From a virus (taxonomy: Duplodnaviria > Caudoviricetes): a stretch of 43,128 nucleotides of DNA. Every line of letters starts with the position of its first letter. Position 1 is the first letter of the stretch. The notes under the pieces were generated by a model. The model did not search any database. It had not been told where the DNA came from and saw nothing but the letters and a program-made list of their open reading frames with translations. Location: positions 1 through 43,128 of the IMG/VR virus record IMGVR_UViG_3300029286_000092; one strand, written 5' to 3'. Positions 1-7,962 of the stretch are shown here, in pieces. Made by a program: the position numbers and the translations under genes.

Positions 1-1
1 A

Positions 2-1462
2 AAGGAACGGGTTGCAGAGATGCACCGGGTATTGAAACCCACCGGAAGCATTTTCCTGCACTGCGACTGGCACGCGAATGCTTATATCCGGGTTGAGATT
101 TTGGATAAAGTATTTGGAATGAATAATTTTCGTAATGAAATTATTTGGAAACGAACTCCGGCTCATACTGATTCAGGAAGATTTGGTATTAATGTAGACT
201 CAATTTTTTATTACACAAAATCAAATAAATTTATTTATAAGGCAACCTATCAACCATATACTGAGGAATATTTAAAAAGATTTCATAAAGATAAAGATGG
301 TCGACAATGGATAGATGATAATCTTCTTGCCAAAAATTTAAGTGGTGGTGGTTACGAATATTATTATAAAGGCATTACTGTAATTTGGAACTGTCCTATC
401 GAAACGATGAAAAGATATGATGATGAAAACAGATTACATTATACAAAGAACGGAGGAATTAGACTTAAAAGATATTTGGACGAGTTAAAAGGACTACCCT
501 GTCAAACAGTCTGGACTGATATAAATCCTGTAAATTCACAAGCTCAAGAAAAGATCGGATACCCCACCCAGAAACCCGAAGCCTTGTTGCATCGTATTAT
601 CGAAGCTGCATCCAACGAAGGAGACACTGTGCTCGATCCCTTTGTAGGCGGGGGCACTACCATAGCCGTGGCCGACAAGCTGCACCGCAACTGGATCGGT
701 ATTGATCAATCGGTGCAAGCCGTAAAAGTAACCGAGATGCGCCTGCAGAACCAGATGGACTTGTTTAGCAAACCGTTCATCGTACAGCTTCATAAATACG
801 ACTACGATACACTCCGGTACAGGAATGCTTTCGAGTTTGAAAGCTGGATAGTTGCCCAATTTGGCGGCACCCCTAACCCAAAACAACGCAACGACCTGGG
901 CATGGATGGCAAAACAAAAGACAATGCCCCCATACAGGTAAAGCGAAGCGACAACATAGGGCGCAACGTGGTGGACAACTTCATTTCGGCAGTGCAACGA
1001 TACGACAGAAGCCTCTTTGAAAAGAACAAAGCGGAGATGAAACCGATCGGCTTTATAATTGCTTTTTCGTTTGGCAAAGGTGCAATACAGGAAGTGGCCA
1101 GGCTAAAGAACCATGAAAACGTAACTATCCAACTGGTTACGGTGGAAGAGATTGTACCAATAGCCAAAAAGCCAGCTCTCACTGTTGAGCTTTCAGACAA
1201 ATCAGTTGATGGCAAAGGCCAGCACGAAATTGAATTTAAAGCTACCGGAAAGAGTACGGCCGGCATTGAGTTTTACTCCTGGGATTTCGATTACAAGGAA
1301 GACACTTTTAAAGCAGAAGTACTGCTTGACAAGAAAGGCGAACAGGTACGGAAATTCAAAGCCGGACTGCACCATATTGCCGTAAAAGTAGTGGATAATG
1401 ACGGGCTGGAGAATACTGAAATTATCAGGCTGAAGGTGAACGGGAAGGTAGAGCGGCAATAA
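2..1462 (+). CDS. Beta-class N6/N4 DNA methyltransferase fused to Mrr-like PD-(D/E)XK nuclease and C-terminal PKD/Ig-like domain (5'-truncated by the window)
   Basis: Motifs GSIFLHCDWHA, NEIIW, YPTQKPEALL, VLDPFVGGGTT; then FESWIVAQFGG..D.GMDG..IQVKRS (Mrr-like); then YSWDFD..G.H.IAVKVVDNDG (PKD-like). Frame is open to position 2 (KERVAEM) and the DPPY motif is absent, so it presumably lies upstream. Confidence 0.85.
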   Translation, partial: KERVAEMHRVLKPTGSIFLHCDWHANAYIRVEILDKVFGMNNFRNEIIWKRTPAHTDSGRFGINVDSIFYYTKSNKFIYKATYQPYTEEYLKRFHKDKDGRQWIDDNLLAKNLSGGGYEYYYKGITVIWNCPIETMKRYDDENRLHYTKNGGIRLKRYLDELKGLPCQTVWTDINPVNSQAQEKIGYPTQKPEALLHRIIEAASNEGDTVLDPFVGGGTTIAVADKLHRNWIGIDQSVQAVKVTEMRLQNQMDLFSKPFIVQLHKYDYDTLRYRNAFEFESWIVAQFGGTPNPKQRNDLGMDGKTKDNAPIQVKRSDNIGRNVVDNFISAVQRYDRSLFEKNKAEMKPIGFIIAFSFGKGAIQEVARLKNHENVTIQLVTVEEIVPIAKKPALTVELSDKSVDGKGQHEIEFKATGKSTAGIEFYSWDFDYKEDTFKAEVLLDKKGEQVRKFKAGLHHIAVKVVDNDGLENTEIIRLKVNGKVERQ

Positions 1463-1470
1463 CCTTTTTT

Positions 1471-1692
1471 TTACACGATAATCTTCCCGAAACCAACCCA
1501 GTTGCCATCAATATCCAGCCCTCTGGTTTCAAGTTCCCTTTTTGCAAGTTCCTGGGCATTTATTTTCCCGGATGCAATATCCTTTAATAACTCGGTAAAT
1601 GTCAATGTGAAAACAAATGCCGGATTCAGTTCGTCAGCTATGACCCCAAATTCAGCTTTACTAATAAATTCTTTGTACTCTATGCGTGTCAT
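1471..1692 (-). CDS. Hypothetical protein (73 aa)
   Basis: ATG ORF with protein-like composition; TATCTTCG near-consensus -7 element at 1714-1721. Confidence 0.65.
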   Translation of the reverse strand: MTRIEYKEFISKAEFGVIADELNPAFVFTLTFTELLKDIASGKINAQELAKRELETRGLDIDGNWVGFGKIIV

Positions 1693-1806
1693 GGTGCGAT
1701 TGATTTAATGACACGAAGATAACACATATGCTTTAAATGTGTGCTTTTAACAGGCAGATAGATAGCTGGATAACGATTGATGTACGTCAGTTTCTTTTCT
1801 GTTTAT

Positions 1807-1838
1807 AAAAAATCCGATGTTGTTCAAACATCGGATTT
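1807..1838 (-). terminator. Rho-independent terminator at end of the late operon
   Basis: 12-bp perfect inverted repeat aaatccgatgtt/aacatcggattt with 5-nt loop; T run on the minus strand. Confidence 0.7.
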
Positions 1839-1868
1839 AACCATTAAACCAATTGTATGAAAACTAAC

Positions 1869-2243
1869 CTATACTGCCCTGCACCGGTTTGCTTTATATC
1901 CGGAATGGGTTGCATCTGTCCAAGAATTAATTTTCTCATACCTGCATGTTTTATGTTTCAGCAAATTCGCAGAAATCATATCAGAGGTATATGTTTTTAA
2001 TGGAGTCGTATATTCATCCCCCCGCTCAGTTGTAATGGCTGTAATTATATAATCAGCTTGTGCTTTGAACTGAATTTCCCCGGGTGACCAGACATCCTGA
2101 AGGATAACTACAGGCACATCAATAGCTACAGGTTGCTGCAGGTTGTATGAATGCCCAGGCGGGTGCACGGCGAATGAAGGAGAAGCTACATTGGGTAAAC
2201 AGTATGAGATTAAAACGGCAAGTAATATAAACAGCTTTTTCAT
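1869..2243 (-). CDS. Hypothetical exported protein
   Basis: MKKLFILLAVLISYC signal-peptide-like N-terminus. Confidence 0.6.
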   Translation of the reverse strand: MKKLFILLAVLISYCLPNVASPSFAVHPPGHSYNLQQPVAIDVPVVILQDVWSPGEIQFKAQADYIITAITTERGDEYTTPLKTYTSDMISANLLKHKTCRYEKINSWTDATHSGYKANRCRAV

Positions 2244-2276
2244 TTTTGAATGGATTTAGTTTTTGAATGGATTTAG
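2243..2276. repeat. 17-bp tandem duplication
   Basis: tttttgaatggatttag twice (2243-2259, 2260-2276), directly upstream of the 2243 start codon. Confidence 0.9.
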
Positions 2277-2280
2277 TTTT

Positions 2281-2880
2281 TTAAGGCGGTTCCCTGATGC
2301 GTATTTTCCACATAAAGCCGAGCACGGCTGCTTTGTTCACAGGATCGTACCCGAGTGTATATAGATGCTCCCTTTTTGTCAGCAGTGCGATTGTAGGGGC
2401 TGCAATTGCCTTATCCGGCAATATCATGCCAGCCTGCAACCCGACAAACCACTTTGCCCTGGGAGGATTGGGCTGAGTCGTAATTATCTTGGTAATATAT
2501 CGTGTAGTATCATGCTTATAAAACTCAGCTTTCACCCTGTACCCCTTCAGCGCGTTCCTGAACAATGTATCAATCAGCCTGATGTTGGCATAATTGTCAT
2601 CCCACAGCAAGCGGTCATATATCTTCACCAGGTTGTAATCATCCAGTGCTGCAAGAGTATCTCTAACCCTTTCCTGACTCAGGTATACCGTGTCCGGTTC
2701 GGGCATGGGAATAATTTTCAACATTGTCAGCGTGTCATGCCTTATGCTGTCCCTGGTTATGGTTACAGTGTCTGTTTTCGGGGCTTCTGTTTTAGTAGAA
2801 TGCCCACATTCCCTTTGCAGGAGGATGATCAGCAAAAGGGCGATGTTCAATATAAGCGAAATGGGGAATAGCTTTTTCAT
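2281..2880 (-). CDS. Membrane-anchored lysis-region protein (spanin-like candidate)
   Basis: N-terminal hydrophobic helix, DTV/DTL-rich linker, C-terminal amphipathic beta-strand-like segments; immediately downstream of the holin. Confidence 0.6.
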   Translation of the reverse strand: MKKLFPISLILNIALLLIILLQRECGHSTKTEAPKTDTVTITRDSIRHDTLTMLKIIPMPEPDTVYLSQERVRDTLAALDDYNLVKIYDRLLWDDNYANIRLIDTLFRNALKGYRVKAEFYKHDTTRYITKIITTQPNPPRAKWFVGLQAGMILPDKAIAAPTIALLTKREHLYTLGYDPVNKAAVLGFMWKIRIREPP

Positions 2881-3320
2881 AATGGGTTATCGTTATCGTT
2901 TTTATCAGTTTTCAATCCGGTAATTGTTTCATTAACCTTGCCTTTAATCATTACCCATAGGGCACCTACTAAATCCCTTCCCGTTATCCGGCTTACATTT
3001 TCGTATATGCTTTTTAACTCCACAGCCCCAATGTACAGGGCTGTAATTTTTGCAAGCTGTGTGCCGTCGTCCACTATCTTTTGCAGTACGAATGTGGCAA
3101 TAATAGCTATCGTGTAAAACAGTATCTTGCTCACAGTATTCGCCATTCGGTTGGCTGTAATTGACTTTATGCCATGCTCCTTGATACTCGCGCTTACCCC
3201 TGTTCCGAAATCCAGGAAAATTAGCCAAACTACCAAATGGACAGTATCGTGAATTGGCATCAGGAAAAGTACTACCGCAAGAAATAAGTTCACCAACACT
3301 GTCCAGAGGTCAGAAAACAT
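2877..3320 (-). CDS. Phage holin (holin_4_1/toxin-secretion type)
   Basis: Several TM segments, LDFGTGV.AS, ITA.RM..TV.KI, ELKSIYENV..ITG; likely start ATG at 3320. Confidence 0.8.
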   Translation of the reverse strand: MFSDLWTVLVNLFLAVVLFLMPIHDTVHLVVWLIFLDFGTGVSASIKEHGIKSITANRMANTVSKILFYTIAIIATFVLQKIVDDGTQLAKITALYIGAVELKSIYENVSRITGRDLVGALWVMIKGKVNETITGLKTDKNDNDNPL

Positions 3321-3322
3321 AG

Positions 3323-3517
3323 CTAAGAACCTTTGTGGCATATCCTGACAAAATTGAGTTTGCACCATTCGCTTACAATCATTCCGCCAATGGTTTCAAC
3401 GGGTGTAAATTTTACGATTATTCTATTTGTGTCCTTTGGCATCCCAACTACTGTAAGGGTTCCAAGTATGCACCGGTTCGGGCACCATGTGCATTCTACT
3501 GGCTGATCAGTTTCCAT
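3323..3517 (-). CDS. Small Cys-containing hypothetical protein
   Basis: CTWCPNRC..C; ATG at 3517; tightly packed with neighbours. Confidence 0.55.
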   Translation of the reverse strand: METDQPVECTWCPNRCILGTLTVVGMPKDTNRIIVKFTPVETIGGMIVSEWCKLNFVRICHKGS

Positions 3518-3524
3518 TTTTTTG

Positions 3525-3704
3525 CTATTTAATTTCTTTTCCAAAAAGTTTGATGTTCGATATTTTTTCTTTGTTATCTTGCTCGGGCGTCCTGCCCTGC
3601 GATTTTATCACCAAAAGCCGGATAGAAATTACAGCTAACAGGCACATCATGGCAATGAATAGTATAAAAAAAGCACGATATAAATTTCCGTAATTGGTTT
3701 TCAT
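3525..3704 (-). CDS. Small single-TM hypothetical protein (59 aa, not in ORF track)
   Basis: Hand translation MKTNYGNLYRAFFILFIAMMCLLAVISIRLLVIKSQGR...; fills the gap between neighbours. Confidence 0.55.
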   Translation of the reverse strand: MKTNYGNLYRAFFILFIAMMCLLAVISIRLLVIKSQGRTPEQDNKEKISNIKLFGKEIK

Positions 3705-3722
3705 TGCCTTGTTAGTAGCTCT

Positions 3723-4202
3723 TTATATCGCCAATATTTCGGCAACCCTTGATGCGGCTATCAACCCACCGTTGGCAAGCATTTGCACTCCCTCTATCGT
3801 AGCAGGGAGGTTAAGGTTAACTTCCGTACTGTAATCCAGCTTTTTTACAAACACTTTCAGCAACGGGTTTACATCGGCCTGCATCACAAGGCCGTAAAAC
3901 TCCTCATCTGTGAAACGGCTGATGAAAGCGTACCGGCTTATCCTATTGGATGGCACACGGTTGTACATGAAAAACTTCATCGCCTCCAGATCATTTTCCT
4001 TGCGCTGTATTTCGGCATTGAGGTCTGAAATAGAGAAGCTACCAAATACTTCATCCGGTAATTCGTTAATCAAAGGAGGCATTACCGAAGAATCAACGGC
4101 ATATGCCTTTTTTTTGAAAATGCAAATACCGGCTTCATCAACCGCGCAAAAGGTACTGTGGTTCGATAAACCGTCATTAAATTTCTTGATTATGCTGAAC
4201 AT
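3723..4202 (-). CDS. Tail-fibre-associated protein (possible chaperone)
   Basis: Follows the fibre gene; ISRYAFISRFT.EE...VNL..P.T.EG...L...GLI..R.AEIL pattern resembles fibre-adjacent phage proteins. Confidence 0.55.
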   Translation of the reverse strand: MFSIIKKFNDGLSNHSTFCAVDEAGICIFKKKAYAVDSSVMPPLINELPDEVFGSFSISDLNAEIQRKENDLEAMKFFMYNRVPSNRISRYAFISRFTDEEFYGLVMQADVNPLLKVFVKKLDYSTEVNLNLPATIEGVQMLANGGLIAASRVAEILAI

Positions 4203-4221
4203 ATAATTTAATTTTTAATTG

Positions 4222-5844
4222 TTAAGATGCTGCCGGATACCAGGTGATGCTTCCCATTTTAGCGACAATGTCGTTTGTGGCTCCACCTGTTAATTTTAAT
4301 TTGATGTCGTATGAGTTGCTTACCAAATTCAATGATGACCATGATGCCGTACGTTGACCGCCTCGTGCTCCCCAGTTGTAATTAATTTGGTATCGCAGTT
4401 CTGTTGATGATACTCGAATAATTGTCATCCTCATGCCCCACTCGGTTTCTGATGATGATGAAGAGGTCATAAAGTCTCCTGTTGTACCTGTGCCAAAATA
4501 TACATTTATTATTTTTGAGTTGGTATTTATTGCACTTGTGCCAGCATATACAATCTCCAATGTTTGCCCGTTCGCGCTCAGCATATTGGCTGCAAGGGTA
4601 TAGCTGAAGGCATCAGTGGCAGAAGTACCCGTATTCCCGGCATCGGCATAGAAGTTAGCCAACTTTCGCACTGTGTTGGCTACCAGGTTGAAATCTGATA
4701 CCGGGCGTGTACCCAGCACCCCTGCCTCAGTATTGGTTACCAACCCTGCCGCGCTCAATGTGGGGAATGTAACAGTACCAGAAGCCGTGAGTGCGTTGCA
4801 CGCAAAATTTACCGTTGACTTGTTCAGGTTGTGCGATGTGTAAATAACACCCCATTCGTTCCATGTCGAATCAATGCCGTTACGCACAAATATGAGACCT
4901 CCTATATCGGATGCACCACCTGCATTAAAGGCTAATTGCATTGCACCGCCACCGCCACTTGCTGTATCGCTTGCATAGGGTGCAATAGTCATCAAATCAC
5001 CATAGTTAGGCCCTAAATAGCCTGATATACCTATTGCCGATAACTGCTTAAATTCGTTGCTGAACACACGTATATATGCAGTAGGCACATTGTTCACTGT
5101 CCGTCCTGCTGTAGGTTGTGTGTAACCGGTTGCCGGAAAACTGCTATCTCCAATGGCATGGATCCAGGGTATGTTGAAGGCAACTTTTGAGATCAGCCCG
5201 TTCGTGTCGGCAACAAGTAAATAACTGTCGGTATATTTAGCAGTCATTGTCCTTATCCTGGCACTGCCGATCACATCAAAATCAGTTGATGGAGTAACTC
5301 CGATGCCAAACCTCCTGTTTGCCAAATCAAAAATAAAACAGCTTCCCATTGTTGGGTTTGCATTGGTTGTAAGGTTACTTGTAGCACAACCTATAGCAAT
5401 AATGTTTGCTGTGCTGAAGTTGATATAGGGCAGATAGTTGTTGCTTGATGTGTACATGCGTACCCATTGGTTAGCCACGCCGTCATACCTGGCTCCAAAG
5501 GCCCAGAAAGTCTGGCCGGAGCTGTCCATGCTCCAGTACGAATAAAACCCAACCCTCGCCAATGTTCCCCTTGCATTTGTGGAAGTTGAACGTACATACA
5601 ACGAGCCGTTAGCTTTGTTACCTGAAGTTGCAATTTCAACCACATCCCCTGCCGTGGTTGGAGTTAGCGTACCTCCTGTCCTGGTAAGGTAATTATCATC
5701 CGTTGTCAGGATGCGCTTTTCGGTTCCTCCTGACAGCTTTTGGTACAATCCATCGGCTTTGGCAGCAAGCCCCACGAAACCGCTGGTAATTGCATTCCAG
5801 GCGGTTTTTATCTTCATCTCAAGGATGCTTATTTCTTTTGCCAT
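4222..5844 (-). CDS. Tail fibre/receptor-binding protein
   Basis: 540 aa, G/S/T/N-rich, FGIGVTPSTDFDVIGSARI and WNEW..IY.S.N fibre-type motifs; position after tail genes. Confidence 0.7.
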   Translation of the reverse strand: MAKEISILEMKIKTAWNAITSGFVGLAAKADGLYQKLSGGTEKRILTTDDNYLTRTGGTLTPTTAGDVVEIATSGNKANGSLYVRSTSTNARGTLARVGFYSYWSMDSSGQTFWAFGARYDGVANQWVRMYTSSNNYLPYINFSTANIIAIGCATSNLTTNANPTMGSCFIFDLANRRFGIGVTPSTDFDVIGSARIRTMTAKYTDSYLLVADTNGLISKVAFNIPWIHAIGDSSFPATGYTQPTAGRTVNNVPTAYIRVFSNEFKQLSAIGISGYLGPNYGDLMTIAPYASDTASGGGGAMQLAFNAGGASDIGGLIFVRNGIDSTWNEWGVIYTSHNLNKSTVNFACNALTASGTVTFPTLSAAGLVTNTEAGVLGTRPVSDFNLVANTVRKLANFYADAGNTGTSATDAFSYTLAANMLSANGQTLEIVYAGTSAINTNSKIINVYFGTGTTGDFMTSSSSSETEWGMRMTIIRVSSTELRYQINYNWGARGGQRTASWSSLNLVSNSYDIKLKLTGGATNDIVAKMGSITWYPAAS

Positions 5845-5847
5845 TGG

Positions 5848-7614
5848 TTATCCTATTATGGTAACCCTGTACTGTGCGGAAGTCGGTGCATCGTCAAATG
5901 TCAACGTAACAGTGTTGGTATCGGTTGCTGTCCAGTCCACATATACACCTTTGTCGGTAGATACTTCCCTTATCGTTACCGAAACATCCTTAGAAGCAAA
6001 GTTGTGGGTAACTGCAATGCTTACAGCACTTCCATCTCCCACGTTGGCAGAGTACTTTCTGGCAACCGACATACCCGTACCCAATCCAAGGTTTGATTTG
6101 AGCGTGGCGGGAGTTACCGCCCTTGCTGCATCAGTACCCGTGTTTACCTCTGCCTGGGTAGCAAGTTCAATTATACCTTGTGCTGTATCGCTTGCCGAAA
6201 CGATATCGGGAATGTTCTTGTTTACAAGCGTCCAATGCGCAAGCGTGGTAGGGGCATCCTGTTTGGCAATAAGCATATCGCCTATTTGCAAAGGTTCGGT
6301 AAAGAATGTGCCGGCAGCCGTTACCACATATGTCCAACCGTTTTTGATGCTTCCACTTGGGGTAGTGTCCAGGTCGGGTGTATTGGTAGAGGCATTATAC
6401 CCTCCTTTATTTACCAATGCTCCTGAGCCAACAGCCGAAACCTGTGCGTCAACATAGGCTTTTACGGATTGCTGTGTAGGAACCTTGGTCGCAAGGTCAG
6501 AGGTCATGGAATCCTCATCAATCACAAACGACATGGAAGCTGTTGTGGTGTCCGAGTTCATTACGGCACCTGCTGCATCCACATTGGTAGCATCGGTTAC
6601 ATCAGCCCCGGCTTCGATACCTGAAAGTTTTGTTTTCTCGGCCGCTGTAAACAAGCCAGCATTAGTGGAATCGGCAAGAGGCAAAGTTGCGCTTGTACCT
6701 GTCGAAGAAGTTACAGTCCCCTGGTTTACGGCTGCCGTATATCCCAAATTGGTGGCAACGTTTACCTGCGCTCCAGTTGCAATTCCGTCCAATTTGGTTT
6801 TGTCGGCTGCTGTAAGCAATCCTGCCTCTGTTGTAGTGGCAGCCGGGGCTGTTGCCGCCGATCCGGTGCTGGAAGTGATGTTGAACGTGGTTGCTGTTTT
6901 GCTTGCTATACCTAAGTTAGTGGCTACATTCACCTGTGCGCCGGAGGCAATGCCATCCAGTTTAGTTTTGTCGGTTGCTGTAAGCAATCCTGCCTCAGTT
7001 GTAGTAGCCGCCGGAACAGTTGCTGCCGATCCAGTACTGGAGGTTACATTTAGCGTGCTTGATGTTTTGCTTCCAATGCCCAGATTGGTTGCAACGTTAG
7101 CCTGCGCACCAGCTTCTATCCCGTTGAGTTTCGTTTTGTCTGTTCCCGACATAACCCCTGCTGTGGTAGTTGTCGCTGTCGGGATAATTGCCCCTGTACC
7201 TGTGCTGGAAGTAATAGGCACTACAAGGTTGGTAACTGTTCCTATTTCAAGGTTTGTGCCAACGTTCACCTGAGCACCAGCAGCGATCCCATTAAGTTTT
7301 GTTTTGTCGGCTGCTGTCATCACACCGGCACGCGTTGTCGTAACCTCAAGAATTACCGCATTAGAGCCAGTATCAGAATCAATTTCTACCGTTGTAGCCG
7401 TTGTCTCTTTTATTGACAGGTTTGTACCGCTTATAGATAGGTTTGTCCACACATCGGGGCCAGTGCTCTGCAACTGGTAGGCCGCAAGGTCAGCCGTGTT
7501 GAAATATATGAAACCGATGGCCTTCCCGCTCGGGTGGGCAGCAAGGTTTTGCAGGCGCATGTTAAGAATCTGCTTGCCGTTGGCATCAATGCCGTTTAAG
7601 AATTTCGTTGCCAT
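5848..7614 (-). CDS. Tail fibre/structural protein with five ~56-aa repeats
   Basis: Repeated TSSTG...P.ATTT.AG.(M/L)...DKTKL.GI..GAQ; AQGIIELATQAEV..GTD..RAVTP fibre motif; C-terminal VTHN..domain. Confidence 0.75.
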   Translation of the reverse strand: MATKFLNGIDANGKQILNMRLQNLAAHPSGKAIGFIYFNTADLAAYQLQSTGPDVWTNLSISGTNLSIKETTATTVEIDSDTGSNAVILEVTTTRAGVMTAADKTKLNGIAAGAQVNVGTNLEIGTVTNLVVPITSSTGTGAIIPTATTTTAGVMSGTDKTKLNGIEAGAQANVATNLGIGSKTSSTLNVTSSTGSAATVPAATTTEAGLLTATDKTKLDGIASGAQVNVATNLGIASKTATTFNITSSTGSAATAPAATTTEAGLLTAADKTKLDGIATGAQVNVATNLGYTAAVNQGTVTSSTGTSATLPLADSTNAGLFTAAEKTKLSGIEAGADVTDATNVDAAGAVMNSDTTTASMSFVIDEDSMTSDLATKVPTQQSVKAYVDAQVSAVGSGALVNKGGYNASTNTPDLDTTPSGSIKNGWTYVVTAAGTFFTEPLQIGDMLIAKQDAPTTLAHWTLVNKNIPDIVSASDTAQGIIELATQAEVNTGTDAARAVTPATLKSNLGLGTGMSVARKYSANVGDGSAVSIAVTHNFASKDVSVTIREVSTDKGVYVDWTATDTNTVTLTFDDAPTSAQYRVTIIG

Positions 7615-7620
7615 TTTTTG

Positions 7621-7962
7621 TTAATTTAAATCGGCATAGCCCGAAAAGCCAGCCTCAAAGGTTAATATTGCATGGTTCATGTCGGGGTATTCGTAATCTC
7701 CGTGTACCACAGTTCCCGCGCTGTCGGTAACGGTAATGGATGGTATCTTGTTAAGATTGTGTTGTATGTTCCATTGAGTTGATGGCGTGGTTTGGGTATG
7801 CCGGTAGTATTTGTCTGTAGAAGGTCCGGGAAGTTGATGTTCCACTCCATTAGCTTCAACAAACCACAGATGCCCAGCATAAGCAAATAGGCTTATATAT
7901 CCAGGAGCCGGCAATGCTGGCTTTTCTTGTAGTTCGTTGAATATTTCTTTCCCAATGATCAT
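7621..7962 (-). CDS. Small tail/fibre structural protein
   Basis: HTQTTPSTQWNIQHNLNK.PS.TV.DSAG..V.G motif typical of small virion proteins next to fibres. Confidence 0.65.
   Translation of the reverse strand: MIIGKEIFNELQEKPALPAPGYISLFAYAGHLWFVEANGVEHQLPGPSTDKYYRHTQTTPSTQWNIQHNLNKIPSITVTDSAGTVVHGDYEYPDMNHAILTFEAGFSGYADLN

Noticed and set aside
1455-1810. Prophage att site
   Set aside because: No partner repeat or integrase is visible in the window, so the boundary cannot be fixed.
5711-7273. Long plus-strand ORFs (248 and 262 aa)
   Set aside because: Antisense shadows of the Thr/Ala/Gly-rich fibre genes with no independent motifs.
6600-7440. Fibre repeats as a DGR template/variable repeat pair
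   Set aside because: Repeats are in-frame and tandem, differences are not adenine-specific, and no reverse transcriptase is present.
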